A stretch of 64,000 nt of DNA from an uncultured Pseudomonas sp. GTDB lineage: Bacteria; Pseudomonadota; Gammaproteobacteria; Enterobacterales; Alteromonadaceae. How positions within the stretch are numbered: the first letter of the stretch is position 1; each line of letters starts with the position of its first letter. A model generated the notes under the pieces. The model saw only the letters and a program-made list of their open reading frames with translations, had not been told where the DNA came from and did no database searches. The DNA lies in NCBI GenBank assembly GCA_964462025.1, contig CAYWXF010000001.1:16853-80852 (forward strand), given 5' to 3'. The position numbers were made by a program, and so were the translations under genes. Positions 10,637-24,653 of the stretch are shown here, one piece after another.

Positions 10637-13030
10637 GTGCAGAAGAAAGTGCAAGAGAACGTGCAAGACTACGTACTTTGGTATGATCAGCTTGGGATGA
10701 ACGATGTCAGCCGGGTCGGCGGCAAGAATGCCTCGCTTGGCGAAATGATTAGTAACCTGGCTGGTGCCGGGGTCGAAGTGCCCAATGGCTTCGCCACAAC
10801 CGCTGAAGCCTTTAATGAATTCCTCGAACAGAGTGGCGTGAATGATCGCATTTATGCCTTACTCGATGATTTAGACACCGATGACGTCAAGGCACTGGCT
10901 GAGGCTGGTAAACAAATCCGCCAGTGGGTTATCGAAACCCCATTTCAGGACGCTTTAAACGACGCTATTCACGCTGCCTATGAAAAGCTGAGCGGCGGGA
11001 ATAATGAAGTTAGTTTCGCGGTACGTAGTTCCGCAACCGCAGAAGATATGCCGGACGCATCTTTCGCCGGGCAGCAGGAAACCTTTCTCAACGTTCGCGG
11101 CATCGACAGCATCATGGAGGCTATCAAACACGTATTTGCTTCGCTGTTTAACGATCGTGCTATCTCATACCGGGTTCATCAGGGCTATGACCACCGTGGG
11201 GTAGCATTATCAGCGGGTATTCAGCGGATGGTACGCAGCGACATCGCGTCCTCTGGTGTGATGTTCTCAATTGATACTGAATCCGGCTTTGATCAGGTGG
11301 TATTTATTACCTCATCCTATGGGCTGGGTGAAATGGTCGTGCAGGGTGCGGTCAACCCGGATGAATTCTATGTGCACAAGCCGACGTTGAAGGCGCGTAA
11401 ACCGGCGGTGTTACGCCGCAACCTGGGCAGTAAAAAGATCCAGATGGTTTATGCCAACAGCCAGGAGCACGGCAAGCAAACTGAAATTGTGGACATTCCG
11501 GAAGAACAAAGCCGGACCTTCTCATTATCAGACAGCGAAGTCGAAGCCTTAGCGCGGCAGGCAGTGATTATCGAAAAACATTACCAGCGGCCGATGGATA
11601 TTGAATGGGCGAAAGATGGTATCGACGGCAAGCTATACATAGTACAGGCGCGGCCGGAAACCGTGCAGTCAAATCGCGGCGGACAGGCGCTGGAGCGTTA
11701 CGCCCTCAAACAAAGTGGTGAACTGATTGCCAGTGGCCGTGCCATTGGTCAGCGTATCGGCGCCGGCAAAGCCCGGGTGCTAAAAGATATTTCTGAGATG
11801 GATCAGGTGCAGCCTGGTGATGTGCTGGTCACAGATATGACGGATCCCGACTGGGAGCCGATCATGAAACGGGCTTCGGCTATTGTCACTAATCGCGGCG
11901 GCCGAACCTGTCATGCGGCGATTATTGCCCGCGAGCTGGGTATTCCGGCGGTGGTTGGCTGTGGTGACGCAACCAGCCGCATTAAGGCCGGCGATCAGGT
12001 CACAGTGTCTTGTGCCGAAGGTGATACCGGCTTTATTTATGAGGGTGAACTTGAGTTTGATGTGACCAGTTCTGATGTTGGCGATATGCCAGCACTACCG
12101 CTGAAAATTATGATGAACGTGGGTAACCCTGACCGCGCCTTTGATTTTGCCAGCTTGCCCCATGCCGGTGTCGGTCTGGCACGCTTAGAATTTATAATTA
12201 ACCGAATGATTGGCGTGCATCCGAAGGCGCTGCTGAACTTTGATAAGCAAAGCCCGGCACTCAAAAAACAAATCAGTGAGTTTATGGCGGGTTACTCGAG
12301 CCCGCGTGAATATTACGTGGCTAAACTGGCGGAAGGGATTTCGACATTAGGCGCTGCCTTCTCGCCAGAGCGGGTTATTGTACGGATGTCTGATTTTAAA
12401 TCGAATGAATATGCCAACCTGATTGGCGGCCGTCAGTACGAACCCCATGAAGAAAACCCGATGCTGGGTTTCCGTGGTGCTTCGCGTTATATCTCCGAAG
12501 ACTTCCGTGACTGTTTTGCCATGGAATGCGAAGCCATTAAGCGGGTACGTAATGAAATGGGTCTGACCAATGTTGAGATCATGATTCCATTTGTAAGAAC
12601 CCTGGAGGAAGGCCGTAAAGTTATTGAATTGCTGGCTGAGCAAGGCCTGCGCCAGGGCGAGAAAGGGCTGCGGGTTATCATGATGTGTGAACTGCCATCA
12701 AACGCGCTGTTGGCAGAGCAGTTCCTGGATATCTTTGATGGCTTCTCAATCGGTTCCAACGACTTAACCCAGCTGACGCTTGGCCTTGACCGGGACTCAG
12801 GCGTGATCGCACACCTGTTTGATGAGCGTAATGAAGCGGTGAAGGCAATGTTGTCGATGGCTATTCAGGCGGCCAAGAAAAAGGGCAAGTATGTTGGCAT
12901 CTGTGGTCAGGGGCCTTCTGACCACGCTGACTTCGCGGCCTGGCTGGTAGAGCAGGGCATTGATTCGGTTTCGCTGAACCCTGACACTGTGGTCGAAACC
13001 TGGCTGTATCTGGCCGAACAACACGGGTAA
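10637..13030 (+). CDS. ppsA: Phosphoenolpyruvate synthase
   Basis: [19 protein letters not shown], phospho-His GGRTCHAAI and [11 protein letters not shown]. Start is ambiguous: GTG at 10637, 10649 or 10661. Confidence 0.97.
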   Translation: MQKKVQENVQDYVLWYDQLGMNDVSRVGGKNASLGEMISNLAGAGVEVPNGFATTAEAFNEFLEQSGVNDRIYALLDDLDTDDVKALAEAGKQIRQWVIETPFQDALNDAIHAAYEKLSGGNNEVSFAVRSSATAEDMPDASFAGQQETFLNVRGIDSIMEAIKHVFASLFNDRAISYRVHQGYDHRGVALSAGIQRMVRSDIASSGVMFSIDTESGFDQVVFITSSYGLGEMVVQGAVNPDEFYVHKPTLKARKPAVLRRNLGSKKIQMVYANSQEHGKQTEIVDIPEEQSRTFSLSDSEVEALARQAVIIEKHYQRPMDIEWAKDGIDGKLYIVQARPETVQSNRGGQALERYALKQSGELIASGRAIGQRIGAGKARVLKDISEMDQVQPGDVLVTDMTDPDWEPIMKRASAIVTNRGGRTCHAAIIARELGIPAVVGCGDATSRIKAGDQVTVSCAEGDTGFIYEGELEFDVTSSDVGDMPALPLKIMMNVGNPDRAFDFASLPHAGVGLARLEFIINRMIGVHPKALLNFDKQSPALKKQISEFMAGYSSPREYYVAKLAEGISTLGAAFSPERVIVRMSDFKSNEYANLIGGRQYEPHEENPMLGFRGASRYISEDFRDCFAMECEAIKRVRNEMGLTNVEIMIPFVRTLEEGRKVIELLAEQGLRQGEKGLRVIMMCELPSNALLAEQFLDIFDGFSIGSNDLTQLTLGLDRDSGVIAHLFDERNEAVKAMLSMAIQAAKKKGKYVGICGQGPSDHADFAAWLVEQGIDSVSLNPDTVVETWLYLAEQHG

Positions 13031-13038
13031 AAAATCTT

Positions 13039-16000
13039 GTGACAAACACATTGCCGGCTCATGACCAGCTCATTCAGCCAGATCCTGCTTGTCAGAGCTA
13101 TCTGGCTGCGTTAGAAGCGGCTGGTTTTGACGGCGATATTGATGCCAGTTACGCGGGCCGGCTGATCGCCGCAACCGATAACAGCATCTATCAGAAGTTA
13201 CCCCAGGCGGTACTCTATCCGCGTAGCCGCGAGGCTTTATCGGCGGCGCTTAAACTGTCGCGAAACGATGAGTTCAAGACGGTTCGCTTCACCCCGCGGG
13301 GCGGCGGTACGGGTACCAATGGCCAGGCCCTGGCCGCCGGCGTGGTGATCGACCTGAGCCGCTATTTTAAGGACATTACCGAAATGTCTGCCGCCGAGGG
13401 CTGGGTTCAGTGCCAGGCGGGCGTTATTAAAGATCAGCTGAACGATGCGATACGATCCGCCGGCTGGTTCTTTTCCCCTGATTTATCCACCAGCAACCGG
13501 GCGACCATCGGCGGTATGATCAATACTGATGCCTCGGGGCAAGGCTCGCTGGTGTACGGTAAAACCAGTGACCATATACTGGAGCTGACAGCAGTACTGA
13601 TTAACGGCGAGGTGATTCAAACCCGCCGGTTAGCCATAGCTGAAGCGCTCAAACTGGCCGAAGGAAGTACAGCAGAAGCTGCTATTTACCGGCAAGTGTT
13701 GGCGACGGCAATCGGCCAGCGCAGCACTATTGAAGCCAGATTTCCGCCCCTGAACCGCTTTTTGACCGGCTATGATATCAAGCATTGCTATGATCCTGAT
13801 GCTCAGACGATTGATTTATCCCGGCTGTTGGCGGGATCTGAAGGCACCCTGGCGTTTATTACTGACGCGCGCCTCAATTTGACGCATATTCCCCGTCACA
13901 AACTGCTGGTTACGGTTAAATATAGTGATTTTCAGTCGGCACTGCGGCACGCGCCCGCTTTGGTTGGGGCCCGGGCCACCTCGGTTGAAACAATTGACAG
14001 TAATGTACTGAATCTGGCGCGGCAGGATATTATCTGGCACCAGGTCAAGGAACAACTGCATGAAGTGGCCGGTGGCGTCGCGATGGACGGTATTAATATC
14101 GTTGAATTTACCGCCACCGACGCTGATGAAATTGAAACCAAGCTTAACCAGCTTATTTTGCAGCTGGAGCAGGATAGCAGCGCCGGCGAACAGACGGGTG
14201 TGCTGGGCTATCAGGTTTGTCGTGATGCCGTCAGTATCCAGACCATCTATGCGATGCGCAAAAAAGCGGTGGGGCTATTAGGCGCGACCAAAGGCCAGCG
14301 CAAGCCCGTTGCCTTTGTTGAAGATACCGCGGTGCCGCCGGAAAATCTTGCTGACTTTATTATGGAGTTTCGCCAGATCCTGGATGAACATCACCTGCAT
14401 TATGGTATGTTCGGCCACGTTGATGCCGGTGTTTTACACGTACGACCGGCGCTGGATATGACCAACCCTGACGATGAAGCACTGGTGCGGGTGATTAGTG
14501 ATCAAGTGGTGACGCTTACCATGAAGTACGGCGGTCTGCTATGGGGTGAGCACGGCAAAGGCTACCGTTCTGAGTATAGTCCGGAATTTTTTGGCGCGAC
14601 CCTGTACGCCGAGCTACAAAAAATAAAGGCGGCTTTTGATCCGGACAACCGGCTTAATCCCGGCAAGATTTGTACGCCCTGGCAGTCGGACGAATCACTG
14701 CTCTCAATTGACGAAACCAAGCGTGGTTTTTACGACCGTCAGATACCGCTTGAGGTACGCGAGAGCTACCGCCCGGCCATGGACTGTAATGGTAATGGCC
14801 TGTGCTTTAATTATGCCGCCGACTCGGCCATGTGTCCTTCCTACAAAGCAACCGGCGACCGGCGCTATTCGCCAAAAGGCCGGGCCGGGCTTATCCGGGA
14901 ATGGTTGCGCCTGAACCAGCATGAGAACTTTGATGCGCGCGGTATTCCGGAGGCCGGCAAAAGCAGTTTGCTACGCCGCGGGAAAGGCGCTGCGCCCGGT
15001 GATTTTAATCATGAAATAAAACAGTCTATGGATGCTTGCCTGGCCTGCAAAGCCTGCGCCAGTCAATGTCCGGTCAAAGTTGATGTGCCGGCGTTCCGGT
15101 CCCGGTTTCTGGCATGGTATCACCAGCGCTATCGGCGCCCCCTGGCTGATTACCTGGTCGGATCGATTGAGCGGACCGCACCATTGCTGGCTCGCTACCC
15201 GCGCACCTCGAACCTGCTAACGCATAATCCGTTAAGCCGTTGGTTAATGGCCAGCGCGATAGGCTATGTTGACGCCCCGCGGTTATCTGTTCCTGGTATT
15301 GGTAAGCGGTGGCAGCAGCGTAGCTGGCCGCAATACAGTGCCGCACAGCTGGCAAAACTAAGTGCCGGAGAGCGGGCGGGTATGGTCGTTATCGTCCAGG
15401 ATCCGTTCACCAGTTTTTATGAAGCGGAAGTTGTTGAAGCTTTCGGTGTGGTTGCTGAAAAGCTTGGCTTCAAGCCGGTGCTGCTCGATTTTATCGGTAA
15501 CGGTAAGGCGCAGCATGTAAAAGGCTTTCTGCGTGAGTTCCAACGCACTGCAGAACAGGTGACTGAGCAGTTACAGATGGTGGCGGAGCTACAACTGCCA
15601 ATGGTTGGTATGGATGCCTCGACCGTGCTGTGCCTGGCGGATGAATATCATGCGTACGTTCCGGCGGCGAAGAACTTCCGCGTGCAACTGGTGCAAAGCT
15701 GGTTGCAACAGCAACAGGAAAGCCTTGCTAAGCGAAAGCGCGCGACCCCGGTAACGACGGACTTTACCCTGCTTACGCACTGTACCGAGCAGACTGCTGT
15801 ACCCCAGGCCGCTACTGACTGGCAGACCCTGTTCAGTGCGCTCGGCTTGCAGGTGCGGCCGGTGGCAACGGGATGCTGCGGTATGGCGGGTACTTACGGC
15901 CACGAGTTGCCTAATCAGGCTAACAGCAAAAAGCTGTATCAGTTAAGCTGGGCGGATAAAGTGGAACAGGCAGGAGCAGAAGGATTGTTGGTGACAGGAT

Positions 16001-16098
16001 TTTCGTGCCGTTCGCAGGTGAAGCGGATGTCGGCGGCAGAGAAAAATAATCTGCAGCGGGCGCGACACCCGCTGCAGGTACTGGCTGAACAGCTTTAA
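13039..16098 (+). CDS. ydiJ: FAD/Fe-S oxidoreductase, YdiJ family (D-2-hydroxyglutarate dehydrogenase-like)
   Basis: PRGGGTGTNGQ FAD-binding domain, GEHGKG, CLACKACASQCP Fe-S motif, C-terminal CCGMAG and GFSCRSQ. Confidence 0.88.
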   Translation: MTNTLPAHDQLIQPDPACQSYLAALEAAGFDGDIDASYAGRLIAATDNSIYQKLPQAVLYPRSREALSAALKLSRNDEFKTVRFTPRGGGTGTNGQALAAGVVIDLSRYFKDITEMSAAEGWVQCQAGVIKDQLNDAIRSAGWFFSPDLSTSNRATIGGMINTDASGQGSLVYGKTSDHILELTAVLINGEVIQTRRLAIAEALKLAEGSTAEAAIYRQVLATAIGQRSTIEARFPPLNRFLTGYDIKHCYDPDAQTIDLSRLLAGSEGTLAFITDARLNLTHIPRHKLLVTVKYSDFQSALRHAPALVGARATSVETIDSNVLNLARQDIIWHQVKEQLHEVAGGVAMDGINIVEFTATDADEIETKLNQLILQLEQDSSAGEQTGVLGYQVCRDAVSIQTIYAMRKKAVGLLGATKGQRKPVAFVEDTAVPPENLADFIMEFRQILDEHHLHYGMFGHVDAGVLHVRPALDMTNPDDEALVRVISDQVVTLTMKYGGLLWGEHGKGYRSEYSPEFFGATLYAELQKIKAAFDPDNRLNPGKICTPWQSDESLLSIDETKRGFYDRQIPLEVRESYRPAMDCNGNGLCFNYAADSAMCPSYKATGDRRYSPKGRAGLIREWLRLNQHENFDARGIPEAGKSSLLRRGKGAAPGDFNHEIKQSMDACLACKACASQCPVKVDVPAFRSRFLAWYHQRYRRPLADYLVGSIERTAPLLARYPRTSNLLTHNPLSRWLMASAIGYVDAPRLSVPGIGKRWQQRSWPQYSAAQLAKLSAGERAGMVVIVQDPFTSFYEAEVVEAFGVVAEKLGFKPVLLDFIGNGKAQHVKGFLREFQRTAEQVTEQLQMVAELQLPMVGMDASTVLCLADEYHAYVPAAKNFRVQLVQSWLQQQQESLAKRKRATPVTTDFTLLTHCTEQTAVPQAATDWQTLFSALGLQVRPVATGCCGMAGTYGHELPNQANSKKLYQLSWADKVEQAGAEGLLVTGFSCRSQVKRMSAAEKNNLQRARHPLQVLAEQL

Positions 16099-16100
16099 GC

Positions 16101-17147
16101 TTACGCCTGTTTTGCTTTCGCTTTGGCGATCACTTCACGGGCTAATTCGTCAGCAATCTCGCCCGTTGGCCGGTTCTCTTTTTCAGCGCGGGTAAAGATC
16201 GTATCCAGGGTGTTATAGATGTCGCGAACCCGTTGATCGGTCTCGGCACGGCTCATATTGGCCGCTTCACTGCATACGTGGATAACACCACCGGCGTTAA
16301 TGACGTAATCAGGTGCGTACAGGATCCCCATGTCGCTGACAATCTTGTCATGAGCAACAGTGGCCAACTGGTTATTGGCGCTACCGGCGATGATTTTAGC
16401 TTTCATCTGCTCTAAAGTAGCATCATTAATGGTCGCGCCCAGTGCGCATGGCGCATAGACATCGACGTCCAGACCATAGATCTCTTCCAGACCCACTACA
16501 GTGGCGCCGAATTCCTGCTTAGCACGTTCGCAGGCTTCTTCATTGATATCAGTCACAAATAGCTCAGCGCCTTCGTTCGCACAGTATTTCGCGAAGTCAT
16601 AGCCCACTGCACCCAGGCCTTGAATAGCGATTTTGATACCTTTCAGATCTTCGCTGCCAAGCTTGTGTTTAGCGGCAATTTTAAGACCCAGGTAAGTTCC
16701 CAGGGCAGTATGCGGAGAAGGATCACCGGCTTTACCGGTAGTGCCCGCCACGTAGCTGGTTTCTTCGGCAACGATTTCGATATCGGTGGTACGGATGTTG
16801 ACATCTTCGGCAGTAATGTAGCGTCCGCTTAACGAGTTAACGAAACGGCCATAGGCGCGGAACAGCTCAGGCGTTTTAATTTTCTTGGCATCACCGATGA
16901 TAACGGCTTTACCGCCACCAAGCGGCAGACCGGCCAGCGCGCTTTTATAAGTCATGCCACGTGATAAACGAAGCACATCGGTTAAGGCTTCAGCAGAGGA
17001 TGCATAGTTCCACAAGCGGGTTCCACCCAGCGACGGGCCGAGGGTTGTATCATGGATAGCGATAATGGCTTTCAAACCGGTTTCTTTATCGTGACAAAAC
17101 ACGACTTGCTCGTGCTGGTCGAATTCTTTGTGCTCAAACAGAGACAT
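16101..17147 (-). CDS. ldh: Leucine dehydrogenase (Glu/Leu/Phe/Val dehydrogenase family)
   Basis: HEQVVFCHD, LGGTR, GGGKAV, ITAEDV, GLGAVG and AGSANNQL motifs. Start taken at MSLFEH (17147); ORF track extends to 17168. Confidence 0.9.
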   Translation of the reverse strand: MSLFEHKEFDQHEQVVFCHDKETGLKAIIAIHDTTLGPSLGGTRLWNYASSAEALTDVLRLSRGMTYKSALAGLPLGGGKAVIIGDAKKIKTPELFRAYGRFVNSLSGRYITAEDVNIRTTDIEIVAEETSYVAGTTGKAGDPSPHTALGTYLGLKIAAKHKLGSEDLKGIKIAIQGLGAVGYDFAKYCANEGAELFVTDINEEACERAKQEFGATVVGLEEIYGLDVDVYAPCALGATINDATLEQMKAKIIAGSANNQLATVAHDKIVSDMGILYAPDYVINAGGVIHVCSEAANMSRAETDQRVRDIYNTLDTIFTRAEKENRPTGEIADELAREVIAKAKAKQA

Positions 17148-17232
17148 ATGCAGTGTATCCTCGTTCATACCAAAATTGCGCGCACATTAGCATTTTGCAA
17201 GTTTTTGCGCCAGTCAATATGCGAAATAAGCA

Positions 17233-17250
17233 GTTAACGTAAACGTAAAC
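17233..17250. promoter_or_regulatory. LiuR-type operator upstream of ldh
   Basis: GTTAACGTAAACGTAAAC matches the 18-bp LiuR palindrome GTTTACGT-ww-ACGTAAAC with one mismatch. Confidence 0.75.
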
Positions 17251-17367
17251 CATAGCAAGCTAAGTTTACAGTATCTGGTGCCTTGCGCCCAGTTCCTTTC
17301 GTGGCGCTTTCGCGATAGTATAACGGGCTAACCTTGATACAAATATGACATAGGATGCAGTAGTATT

Positions 17368-17796
17368 ATGGCAGAACAACAGCCACAGATGACCGAAGCT
17401 GAAGCTTCAGAATGGGTTCGGCAACAGTTTCAGCAAGCGAACAAGTTCCTGGCTGAAAAAGGGATCCTGACCGATCGCGTATTAACCAAAGAATCGCGGT
17501 ATTTAGTACCTCATGTCGCGGTCTGGAAGTTTTCAACCCAGGATCAAGTTGATGTGTGGGTTGTTAATGGCGACGTGCCCAGTGATGTAGTGGGCGTGAA
17601 TGCGGCGAAAAGTGCGCGTGAAGCCCTTCGTCATTTCTCGCTGCAGTGGCAGATCAAGGCCGACAAAATACTGAATGATGCCAAGCTGAGTCAGGATCCG
17701 GAACAGCAAAAATATGCGAAGTATCTGATCCAGAGTGCAGAAAACCTGTATCAGACGACGCAAGTTGAAGATCTCTGGGCTGACCAGCAGGCGTAA
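17368..17796 (+). CDS. DUF4826-like conserved protein
   Basis: WVRQQFQQANKFLAEKG, ESRYLVP, GDVPSD and ALRHFSLQWQ pattern, typical of the Alteromonadales family found beside roxA/purB. Confidence 0.75.
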   Translation: MAEQQPQMTEAEASEWVRQQFQQANKFLAEKGILTDRVLTKESRYLVPHVAVWKFSTQDQVDVWVVNGDVPSDVVGVNAAKSAREALRHFSLQWQIKADKILNDAKLSQDPEQQKYAKYLIQSAENLYQTTQVEDLWADQQA

Positions 17797-17811
17797 TGGT
17801 TACCGCCGGAG

Positions 17812-20961
<3,150 letters not shown>

Positions 20962-20965
<4 letters not shown>

Positions 20966-22083
20966 AGCAACACCTCATGTGAACTCAGACGCTGTTCGAT
21001 AATACCGCCGCCCAGGCACACCTCGTCGATATAAAAGACTGCTGACTGGCCGGGGGTGACGGCTGCCACCGGCTCATCGAAGTCAACGCGGCATTGGCCG
21101 TTGGGCTGGGGCGTTAACAGGCAGGGAATATCCTGCTGCCGGTAGCGTGTTTTTACCGCGCAACGCACAGGAACCTGCGGGCCAATGCGGTCAACCCAAT
21201 GTAACTGGCCGGCGATCAGGCCTTCAGAGAAAAGACGCGGATGATTACTGCCCTGAGCGACGATAAGCACGTTTCTTTCAACGTCTTTATCGACCACATA
21301 CCAGGGATCATCGCTGGCATCAGCCAGGCCACCAATATGTAACCCTTTGCGTTGACCCAGGGTGTGATACATCAAGCCTTCATGCTCACCTAACTGCTGA
21401 CCATCAACGGATTCAATTTTGCCGGGCCGGGCAGGCAGGTATTGCTGCAGAAAATCTTTAAATTTACGCTCGCCGATAAAGCAGATACCAGTGGAATCTT
21501 TCTTGTCAGCGGTAACCAGCCCCTGTTGCTCCGCGATGCGTCGTACTTCTGGCTTCTCCAACTCGCCAACCGGAAACAGGGTTTGCGCGATATGGCTATG
21601 AGCCAGGGTATAAAGGAAGTAGCTCTGGTCTTTATTGGCATCCAGGCCACGCAGCAACTGAAATTTACCTTCATGCTCGCGGCGCCGCACGTAATGACCG
21701 GTCGCGATATAGTCAGCGCCTAAGGCTTCGGCGGCGAACTCCAGAAAGGCTTTAAATTTGATTTCTTTGTTGCACATAATATCGGGGTTCGGGGTTCGTC
21801 CCGCCCGGTATTCGTCAAGAAAATACTCAAATACGTTGTCCCAGTACTCAGCGGCAAAATTGACGGTGTGCAGCTCGATACCGAGCCGGGCACAAACTTC
21901 TTCAGCATCGGCGAGGTCCGTTGCTGCGGCGCAGTACTCGGCGGTATCGTCTTCTTCCCAGTTCTTCATGAACAGGCCTTCAACCTGATAGCCCTGTTGT
22001 TGAAGCAGGTAGGCTGAAACAGACGAATCAACGCCGCCGGACATTCCGACGATAACTTTTTTAGCACTATTGGGCATGGGCAA
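20962..22083 (-). CDS. mnmA: tRNA 2-thiouridine(34) synthase
   Basis: [33 protein letters not shown] and TPGQ motifs. Confidence 0.98.
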
Positions 22084-22134
22084 AAAATGAGTCTCTTCTG
22101 ACAGAAATATGGATATCGCTAATGGCCGCGGATT

Positions 22135-22767
22135 TTACCACACCGGAGGCTCTTCGCGCCACTCGCCCGGTTGCAGCGAGCGCAATAACCAGGGCCCTAC
22201 ACCAGCGCGTATCAGGCGCAGGGTGGGGTATCCCACCGCGGCGGTCATGCGTCGTACCTGGCGGTTGCGTCCTTCTCGTATTTTCAGACATAACCAGGTG
22301 TCGGGAACCGTCTGGCGTTCACGTACCGGCGGATTGCGGGGCCAGAGGTTGGCCGGTTCATCCATCAGAAAAGCTTCAGCCGGCGCGGTCAACCCGTCAT
22401 TAAGCTCCACCCCGTTGCGCAGCGCGGCAAGCGCCGCCTCATCAGGAATGCCTTCAACCTGCACCCAGTACATTTTCGGCAGTTTATGGCGGGGATCAGA
22501 GATTTTATGCTGAATAACGCCATCATTGGTTAATACCAGCAGCCCTTCGCTGTCTTTGTCGAGGCGACCGGCCGGATAGACGTCGTTATAAGGAACCAGA
22601 CCTTTTAGCGTTGTTTCATCGGCGTCACCGGAAAACTGAGACAGCACGCCATAGGGTTTATTGAGCAGAATCAGGCGAGGATTTGCCGGCCGCGGGCGTG
22701 ACTCAGATACCGGTTTACGCGAGCGACGGCGAAAAGGTCGCCCCGGAGCTGTGGCTTTTGTATTCAT
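22135..22767 (-). CDS. rluE: 23S rRNA pseudouridine synthase E
   Basis: [17 protein letters not shown] and [12 protein letters not shown]; same neighbourhood as E. coli rluE. Confidence 0.88.
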   Translation of the reverse strand: MNTKATAPGRPFRRRSRKPVSESRPRPANPRLILLNKPYGVLSQFSGDADETTLKGLVPYNDVYPAGRLDKDSEGLLVLTNDGVIQHKISDPRHKLPKMYWVQVEGIPDEAALAALRNGVELNDGLTAPAEAFLMDEPANLWPRNPPVRERQTVPDTWLCLKIREGRNRQVRRMTAAVGYPTLRLIRAGVGPWLLRSLQPGEWREEPPVW

Positions 22768-22835
22768 GATAACGTCCTGACCAACTGATTATAAGTCTTG
22801 GTTTATCGGCTATTATCGCGTTATTGTGCGGTCAT

Positions 22836-22857
22836 TACCACATAAGTACCACATAAG
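22836..22857 (+). repeat. Perfect 11-bp tandem duplication TACCACATAAG x2
   Basis: Directly visible in the divergent intergenic region upstream of rluE. Confidence 0.85.
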
Positions 22858-22950
22858 TCCGGCGGTTGATTTTTGTGATTTCGAAGCACTGACGGATAAT
22901 GCTAGACTAATAACACTGAGATTTTTATTACATGGCGGAGAACAGCACGG

Positions 22951-23751
22951 ATGAGTGATAAGGAAAAAGTCGTTCTGGAAGCAGGGGATTTCAGCAAAGC
23001 GCTGCGCGGTGAAATTAAGCTGCCGGTGGGCGAAGTATTGCAGCGGAGCTGGGAAATCACCTTGCGGGCGCTGCCGATTATGCTGGCAGCACTGGTCCTG
23101 TTAATCCTGGTTAACGGCATTGCCACAACAATCCTGGAGAATTGGTTTCCCATCGATGAAGCGGATCCAGAGCCTTTGAATGTGGTAGTAAGCTATTTTG
23201 CGTCCATCATCATTGTCGCGCCATTCAGTGGGATTTTGATTTATCTTGGGATACTGAACGCCGCTGATATAAAGCCAGATTTTACTGATTTTAGCCGCGC
23301 CCTGAGCAGGGCGCCGCAAGTTATCCTGGCAACCTTCTATCCGGCCGTATTGATGGGAATAGTGGTGGTGCTGGCGTTGTTACTGAGCGCTATTTCGACG
23401 GCTTTAAGTATGGCTGTGATTGTCGCCGTAGGCATCTATATTCAGTTATCGTTCATTCTGGCAGTGCCGCTGGTACTGGATCGCAATATGGTGCCACACC
23501 GCGCCTGCCTGGCGTCGATCCTGATTATTAATAAACAAATGCTGCCGGTGTTTGCCGTTTATATGATTCTGTTGCTGATCGTGGTTATCAGTATGTTGCC
23601 GTTATTTCTCGGGCTGATATTTACGCTGCCGATGACCTTTAATGTTACCGGGGTGATCTATAACACCCTGATAGGCGTAAAACAGGGTCAGTTAGCATCT
23701 GCTGATAGCGGATCGGATGAAGATACCGGACAGAAACTTAATGATGACTAA
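22951..23751 (+). CDS. Hypothetical multi-pass membrane protein
   Basis: About 6 hydrophobic segments; GGAG upstream; no recognisable catalytic motif. Confidence 0.7.
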   Translation: MSDKEKVVLEAGDFSKALRGEIKLPVGEVLQRSWEITLRALPIMLAALVLLILVNGIATTILENWFPIDEADPEPLNVVVSYFASIIIVAPFSGILIYLGILNAADIKPDFTDFSRALSRAPQVILATFYPAVLMGIVVVLALLLSAISTALSMAVIVAVGIYIQLSFILAVPLVLDRNMVPHRACLASILIINKQMLPVFAVYMILLLIVVISMLPLFLGLIFTLPMTFNVTGVIYNTLIGVKQGQLASADSGSDEDTGQKLNDD

Positions 23752-23780
23752 GTTTAAAGCTGTCTGAAGCTGGAGAATCT

Positions 23781-24653
23781 ATGTTGCGATTAGTTTTATT
23801 TGCGATGATCGTGGTGGCAGTAGCACTGGCAGTCTGGTTGCCTACGACCATTGATGTACGAACCGATCAGCAGACTGAGGCGCAGGCCTTTGCGCCTGGC
23901 CCGATGCGGATGCCGGTAGTTACCGAAGTGCCTGACTTCAATGAGTACACGGATATCCGGGAAAAGAAAGAGGCCTTTTTTGGTTTTCTTGCGCCGCTGG
24001 TGCAAGCCGAGAATGCCCGCATCAGCCAGGAGCGCCGTAAGCTGGCCCGGCTTTCAGAGCGCTGGAGCGAAGGCGCGCAATTAACCCCTGATGAAACCGA
24101 GTGGCTGGATCAACTGGCTGCGCGCTACCGTGTGAAGTTTGATCTGGCGGAAGATTCTGAGATGTTCCGGGCGTTATTCAGACGCGTGGACGTGGTGCCC
24201 GAGACGCTGGTGCTGGTGCAGGCTGCCAATGAGTCAGCTTGGGGAACCTCACGCTTTGCGCTGGATGCACTGAATTTCTTTGGCCAGTGGTGCTTTTCTG
24301 AGGGCTGCGGATTAGTACCTGAAAGCCGCATCGAAGGTGCGAACCATGAAGTTCGTCGCTTTAGTTCGGTTAACGCATCAGTGCGGAGCTATTTGCGTAA
24401 TATCAATACCCATCCGGCCTATCTGCAATTGCGCCTTCTGCGTGAACAACGCCGGGCCGCCGCGGCAGAACTTCGCGCTGTGGACTTAACCGCTGGCTTG
24501 CTCAGTTATTCGGAGCGCGGGGAAGAGTATATCGAAGAGCTCAACTCAATGATTCGTGTTAACCGTCCGATTATCGTCGATGTAATCGAAACGAAGCAGG
24601 AAGCGAACGGCAACATGAACCGGAAAACTAACCGAGATTCGTCACCTGAATAA
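23781..24653 (+). CDS. Bax-like glucosaminidase-domain (GH73) protein
   Basis: N-terminal anchor, [30 protein letters not shown] and YSERGEEY. Confidence 0.88.
   Translation: MLRLVLFAMIVVAVALAVWLPTTIDVRTDQQTEAQAFAPGPMRMPVVTEVPDFNEYTDIREKKEAFFGFLAPLVQAENARISQERRKLARLSERWSEGAQLTPDETEWLDQLAARYRVKFDLAEDSEMFRALFRRVDVVPETLVLVQAANESAWGTSRFALDALNFFGQWCFSEGCGLVPESRIEGANHEVRRFSSVNASVRSYLRNINTHPAYLQLRLLREQRRAAAAELRAVDLTAGLLSYSERGEEYIEELNSMIRVNRPIIVDVIETKQEANGNMNRKTNRDSSPE

Noticed and set aside
17245-17270. GTAAAC...GTTTAC inverted repeat as a TyrR or BirA site
   Set aside because: Spacing fits neither TyrR (N6) nor BirA, and the left arm is already explained by the LiuR box.
22902-23153. Antisense 83-aa ORF over the membrane-protein gene
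   Set aside because: No RBS or motif; shadow ORF.
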